Assembly (NCBI GenBank): GCA_963662465.1
Contig: OY759599.1
Coordinates: 5,152,001-5,216,000, forward strand
Reading direction: 5' to 3'
DNA length: 64,000 nt
Source of the DNA: Desulfatiglandales bacterium
GTDB taxonomy: Bacteria > Desulfobacterota > DSM-4660 > Desulfatiglandales > Desulfatiglandaceae
Below are positions 60,678 to 64,000 of this stretch, in pieces. Within the stretch, counting starts at the first letter, position 1, and each line of letters starts with the position of its first letter. Below the pieces are notes generated by a model. It did not search any database, was not told the origin of the DNA, and worked only from the letters and a program-made list of their open reading frames with translations. Both the position numbers and the translations under genes were made by a program.

Positions 60678-61646
60678 TTAGTTTTTGGGTGTACTCCTTT
60701 CTTCATCTTCGGGAAGCTTGATTCGAACGACCTGTCCCTGTTTTCCGAGATTATCCATTTTTTTTTCGTTGAACTCAAGGACAATGCCGCCGGCATTGCC
60801 GATCAACAGTTCAAAACCCTTCTTTGCTTTCCATTCAGGGTTGTCCGAAGGAACAAAGATGTTCTCTTTCGGTTCTCGGCCATCAATTGATATCCTCAAC
60901 CAGGTCCTTTCGGTCACATGCCCCTTTAGAACCATCGTAAAGGTTTCAACCGCCTCTGAAACGGAAAGGCTTTCCGCCTCAGAATCAGTGCTATCGACAC
61001 TTTGTGTTACGACCGGCACAGGCTGTGTGTCCGGGCTTTCCGGTGTTGCGGAATTCACGGATGAACTATCTGCGGTCAATTCCGCTTCAACGTCTGAGGC
61101 AGGTTCTGGTTCGTCAACGGGCGTTGTTTCGGTCGTTCGTTGTTCATTTGGAACGGTTGGCAGCTCGGTTTTCGGTGGATCCTGTACGATGACAAGGCTG
61201 GATTCAGAGACCGCCTTTGGGCCGGTTGAATGCTGCATCCAGGCATAAACGCCTGCCAGAACAGCCAGGAGAACCAGCAAGCCGGTTACGACAAGGGGCC
61301 ATCTGTTCTTCCGGTGAGTCGGCGGAAGCAACAATTTATCCGGGAAATGAGGGGTCCCCGCTTCGTCGTTATAGAGGTCTATCAAGCGATCCGCTTCGAG
61401 TGCCAGGGCACGGGCGTAGGCCCGTATGAAGCCCTTTACAAGCGTGGGCGCGGGAAGCAGGTCCCACTCCCCATTTTCAATGGCCTCCAGGATATGGGGC
61501 CTCAGACGAGTTTGCTGAGATATTTGAGCATGGCTGAGCCCCTTTTTCTCCCTTTGATTCTTGAGCAACGCACCCAGGGAAATGCCGGAAGAAAAAACCC
61601 AATCGTCGGTTTCAGCATTCAATGGCTCTTGTTTATCTTGGCCCAT
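60678..61646 (-). CDS. rodZ: RodZ-like protein (HTH + TM + DUF4115)
   Basis: LEAIENG...KGFIRAYARAL, TM helix, linker, IGNAGG. Confidence 0.85.
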   Translation of the reverse strand: MGQDKQEPLNAETDDWVFSSGISLGALLKNQREKKGLSHAQISQQTRLRPHILEAIENGEWDLLPAPTLVKGFIRAYARALALEADRLIDLYNDEAGTPHFPDKLLLPPTHRKNRWPLVVTGLLVLLAVLAGVYAWMQHSTGPKAVSESSLVIVQDPPKTELPTVPNEQRTTETTPVDEPEPASDVEAELTADSSSVNSATPESPDTQPVPVVTQSVDSTDSEAESLSVSEAVETFTMVLKGHVTERTWLRISIDGREPKENIFVPSDNPEWKAKKGFELLIGNAGGIVLEFNEKKMDNLGKQGQVVRIKLPEDEERSTPKN

Positions 61647-61667
61647 ATGTTGGATAACCTAAGGCTT

Positions 61668-62642
61668 TCAAAAAATAATTTTGGTGTATGCTTTTTCCCT
61701 TAATTCCTTGATCCATGCCGAATAGGCCTGATCCAGCTTTTTTCGGTAAAGGATCGACTGAATGGAATTTTTAACCTGGTCGAATGATTTTTCACCACCC
61801 TTGTCTTTTTCCACCACTTTGATGATTTGTATTCCGTTAGGTCCGATGATGGGGGCCCCGACCTCTCCGGAGGAAAGGTCTTTGATGGTATCGGCCATCT
61901 CTTTATTCAGTTCCGATGTTTTGAACACCCCGAGGTCACCCCCTTCTTTCGCCCCCGGACCATTGGAAAATTTCCCGGCCAGCTCACCGAAATTTTCGCC
62001 GGCGTTGATTTTCCGGATGATTCCGAGGGCCTCTTTCTGAAGCGCACGGGATTCCGCCTTGTCCGCCGGATCTTCCTGTTTCAGAAAAATCATGGCCAGA
62101 TGAACTTTTCCCTGAGTGCTAAATTCAGCTTTGTGTTCATCGTAATACTGTTTCAGTTCTTCTTCCCTGATAATAATCTTACTTTTGACCTCATAGTTGA
62201 TCAGCCGTATTCTTTCAAGCTCTGTTTTGATGGTTTTTCGATAGTGATCATAGGTTTGTCCCTGTTCCTTGAGGGCGGCAAGCAGATCTTCCTGGGTCAG
62301 ATTGTTATCTTTCTTGACCCTTTCAATGGCCTCGTCTACTGCCTTGGGCTCCACATTGATTTTCAGTTCCTGAATTTTCTCAATGGCAATTTTTTCTTCG
62401 ATCAGCATCTGAAGAATTTTTCGGCGTGTTTCAACGTACTGCGCTTCAGACTTCCTTTTGAGCGTTTCCGGGGGCATGCCGGTCAATTCCCTGATTCGCG
62501 TATTGAGTTCATACAATGTAACCACATCGGCGTTAACAATGGCCACCACGCGATTGTAGATTTTGCCGAAAGCCTGGTTTTGAAGGAAAACACTTCCCCC
62601 CAGAAACAGAAATGCCAAGATAAGGATGGTTGATTTTTTCAT
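61668..62642 (-). CDS. SurA-like parvulin chaperone
   Basis: RVVAIVN, FGELAGKFS, GGDLG, WIKELR. Confidence 0.9.
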   Translation of the reverse strand: MKKSTILILAFLFLGGSVFLQNQAFGKIYNRVVAIVNADVVTLYELNTRIRELTGMPPETLKRKSEAQYVETRRKILQMLIEEKIAIEKIQELKINVEPKAVDEAIERVKKDNNLTQEDLLAALKEQGQTYDHYRKTIKTELERIRLINYEVKSKIIIREEELKQYYDEHKAEFSTQGKVHLAMIFLKQEDPADKAESRALQKEALGIIRKINAGENFGELAGKFSNGPGAKEGGDLGVFKTSELNKEMADTIKDLSSGEVGAPIIGPNGIQIIKVVEKDKGGEKSFDQVKNSIQSILYRKKLDQAYSAWIKELREKAYTKIIF

Positions 62643-63620
62643 TCAGGAAAACTCCAAGTTATCGATTTCTTTTTGATTAATTTTGACCACAACGTCGCCG
62701 CGGAGGTTTTTCAGCCATTCTTTGCAAAAGTCCGCTCGCTTTTGGTGGATAAGCTCTTGTTCAATATTGCGAATGACCTCCGAAAAGTCCTGATATCCGG
62801 CAGATCGATGGGATATGACCTCAAAAATATGGTATCCCGAAGGACCTTTCGTTACTGGGCTGATCTCACCGGGGGCCAATGAAAAAAGCACTTTTTCAAG
62901 GGTTTTATCCAGAGTGCCTTTACTGATCCAGGCCGCCTCGCCGCCATTTTCCGCCTCGGGCGCCGCAGCGTGTTCCCGAGCCGGCTGAGCCAAATTTTCG
63001 CCCGCACGGATTCTTGCATGCAGCCGTTTGGCTTCTTTCCGGGTCCGACAGAAAATCTGCCTGAATTTTACCATGTCCGGGGTTTTGAACCGATTCGGGT
63101 TTGATTCAAAGTAAGCCTTTATTTCTTCATAGCTGGGTGGTTCCATGTCCCGGGTAACCGTTGCGATGACTTTTTCAATGAGAAGCTGCTCCCTCAGGCG
63201 TTTTGTCCAGGCACCCGGGTCCGCATATTTTTGAAGCAGCGTCCGTTCAAATTCAGACTCGGTATATCCTTCCTTGATTTCGTTCAAGTGCGTTTGAAAT
63301 TCACCATCGGAGACGGAGATGGCATGTTTGCTTGCATATCCCATTATGAGATAGCGGTCTATGATATGGTCAAGCAGTCTGATTTTGACCTGTTTCGAAC
63401 TCTGGACCGAAAGGGGTAAATCCTCACCTGCGAAAGCCATGTCCTTTTTCAGGACATCGGCGGTGAGACGTCGGTCGCCAATGATTACAACAACCGGGCT
63501 GAGTTCGGGTTCAAGAAGGTTACAACCGGCAATGGAGAACAGACCAGCGGTCCCCAAAATCAGAAAAAGGACCGCATGCAAAACACTCAATTTAATTTTT
63601 AAAATAGCCCGATGGATCAT
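62643..63620 (-). CDS. PpiC/PrsA-like peptidylprolyl isomerase (lipoprotein)
   Basis: IAGC lipobox, SurA_N-like domain, GEISPV, GYHIF. Confidence 0.88.
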   Translation of the reverse strand: MIHRAILKIKLSVLHAVLFLILGTAGLFSIAGCNLLEPELSPVVVIIGDRRLTADVLKKDMAFAGEDLPLSVQSSKQVKIRLLDHIIDRYLIMGYASKHAISVSDGEFQTHLNEIKEGYTESEFERTLLQKYADPGAWTKRLREQLLIEKVIATVTRDMEPPSYEEIKAYFESNPNRFKTPDMVKFRQIFCRTRKEAKRLHARIRAGENLAQPAREHAAAPEAENGGEAAWISKGTLDKTLEKVLFSLAPGEISPVTKGPSGYHIFEVISHRSAGYQDFSEVIRNIEQELIHQKRADFCKEWLKNLRGDVVVKINQKEIDNLEFS

Positions 63621-63880
63621 TTGTTGCTTCCCGTTCCTTCACAGGAAAAAATGCGCCCACCAACAAAACCTTCGAACCCCCTAAAATAGCAAGCATGTGG
63701 GAAAAAGCAAGTACATTTCGTAACGGTTCGCCGTTATCCACTGACGGTTTATGGTTTTAGTAACCGTTCACAGGATGCAGTTGTCAGGGTGCAGAAAATC
63801 AGCTTCGATTTTTATTCAAACAATTTGCTTTGATCTAATGAAGCCAAACAGCATAATTGAGCCAATTCCTTCTATCCAAG

Positions 63881-64000
63881 CTATCGAACGGATTTCTGCC
63901 ACTCCCTGGCGAAAATTTCACCGATCCGGTCCACTTGACTCGGATCTATTTTCATCGCCTTGGCAATTTCAAAATAGAGTTTTTTTCGGTCCCCGTTTTC
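63881..64000 (-). CDS. C-terminus of a YdbL/DUF1318-like protein (partial)
   Basis: Open frame ENGDRKKLYFEIAKAM...IFAREWQKSVR* running in from the window edge. Confidence 0.6.
   Translation of the reverse strand, partial: ENGDRKKLYFEIAKAMKIDPSQVDRIGEIFAREWQKSVR

Noticed and set aside
29033..63620. Numerous short antisense or alternate-frame ORFs over core genes
   Set aside because: They overlap well-supported genes and have no recognisable motifs.

Overview
Bacterial chromosomal segment; gene content and order suggest Desulfobacterota/deltaproteobacterial origin (inference). Most of it is core genome: a sensor kinase; selD (a selenoprotein with in-frame UGA and a SECIS-like hairpin, N-terminus missed by the ORF track) with yedF and yajD; yggT/yggU; rnpB; Nif3; tRNA-Ile2; rpoD-dnaG; hisA/hisB; porin-pstSCAB-phoU with Pho-box-like arrays; a four-gene aryl-polyene-like (APE-like) lipid module; nnr; lapAB-mutS-amidase; prfB (+1 frameshift); LPS/envelope genes; an rpoH-like sigma factor; tyrS; rodZ; and two parvulin chaperones. 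There are two accessory regions. At about 1.2-3.6 kb are a repeat coiled-coil membrane protein and an IPTL-CTERM surface protein. At about 16.7-29.0 kb is a decayed island with a type III restriction fragment, a RIT-like integrase end inside IS66, a DDE transposase pseudogene, a two-partner secretion pair broken at a G8 tract, a deleted IS5, IS66 tnpA/tnpB with DUF4338, a MITE containing a REP doublet, and a dead Phd/RelE pair. The best candidates for undescribed biology are non-coding: a sigma-54-promoted, roughly 205-nt structured RNA at 40.65-40.87 kb; a dispersed intergenic (TTTTAAG)n element family; extra Pho-box arrays in front of an unknown small gene and a gene-free hairpin; a 30-bp stem closing the RNase P RNA precursor; and a tRNA leader antisense to its own tRNA. 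All family assignments come from motif recognition by eye; no searches were run.
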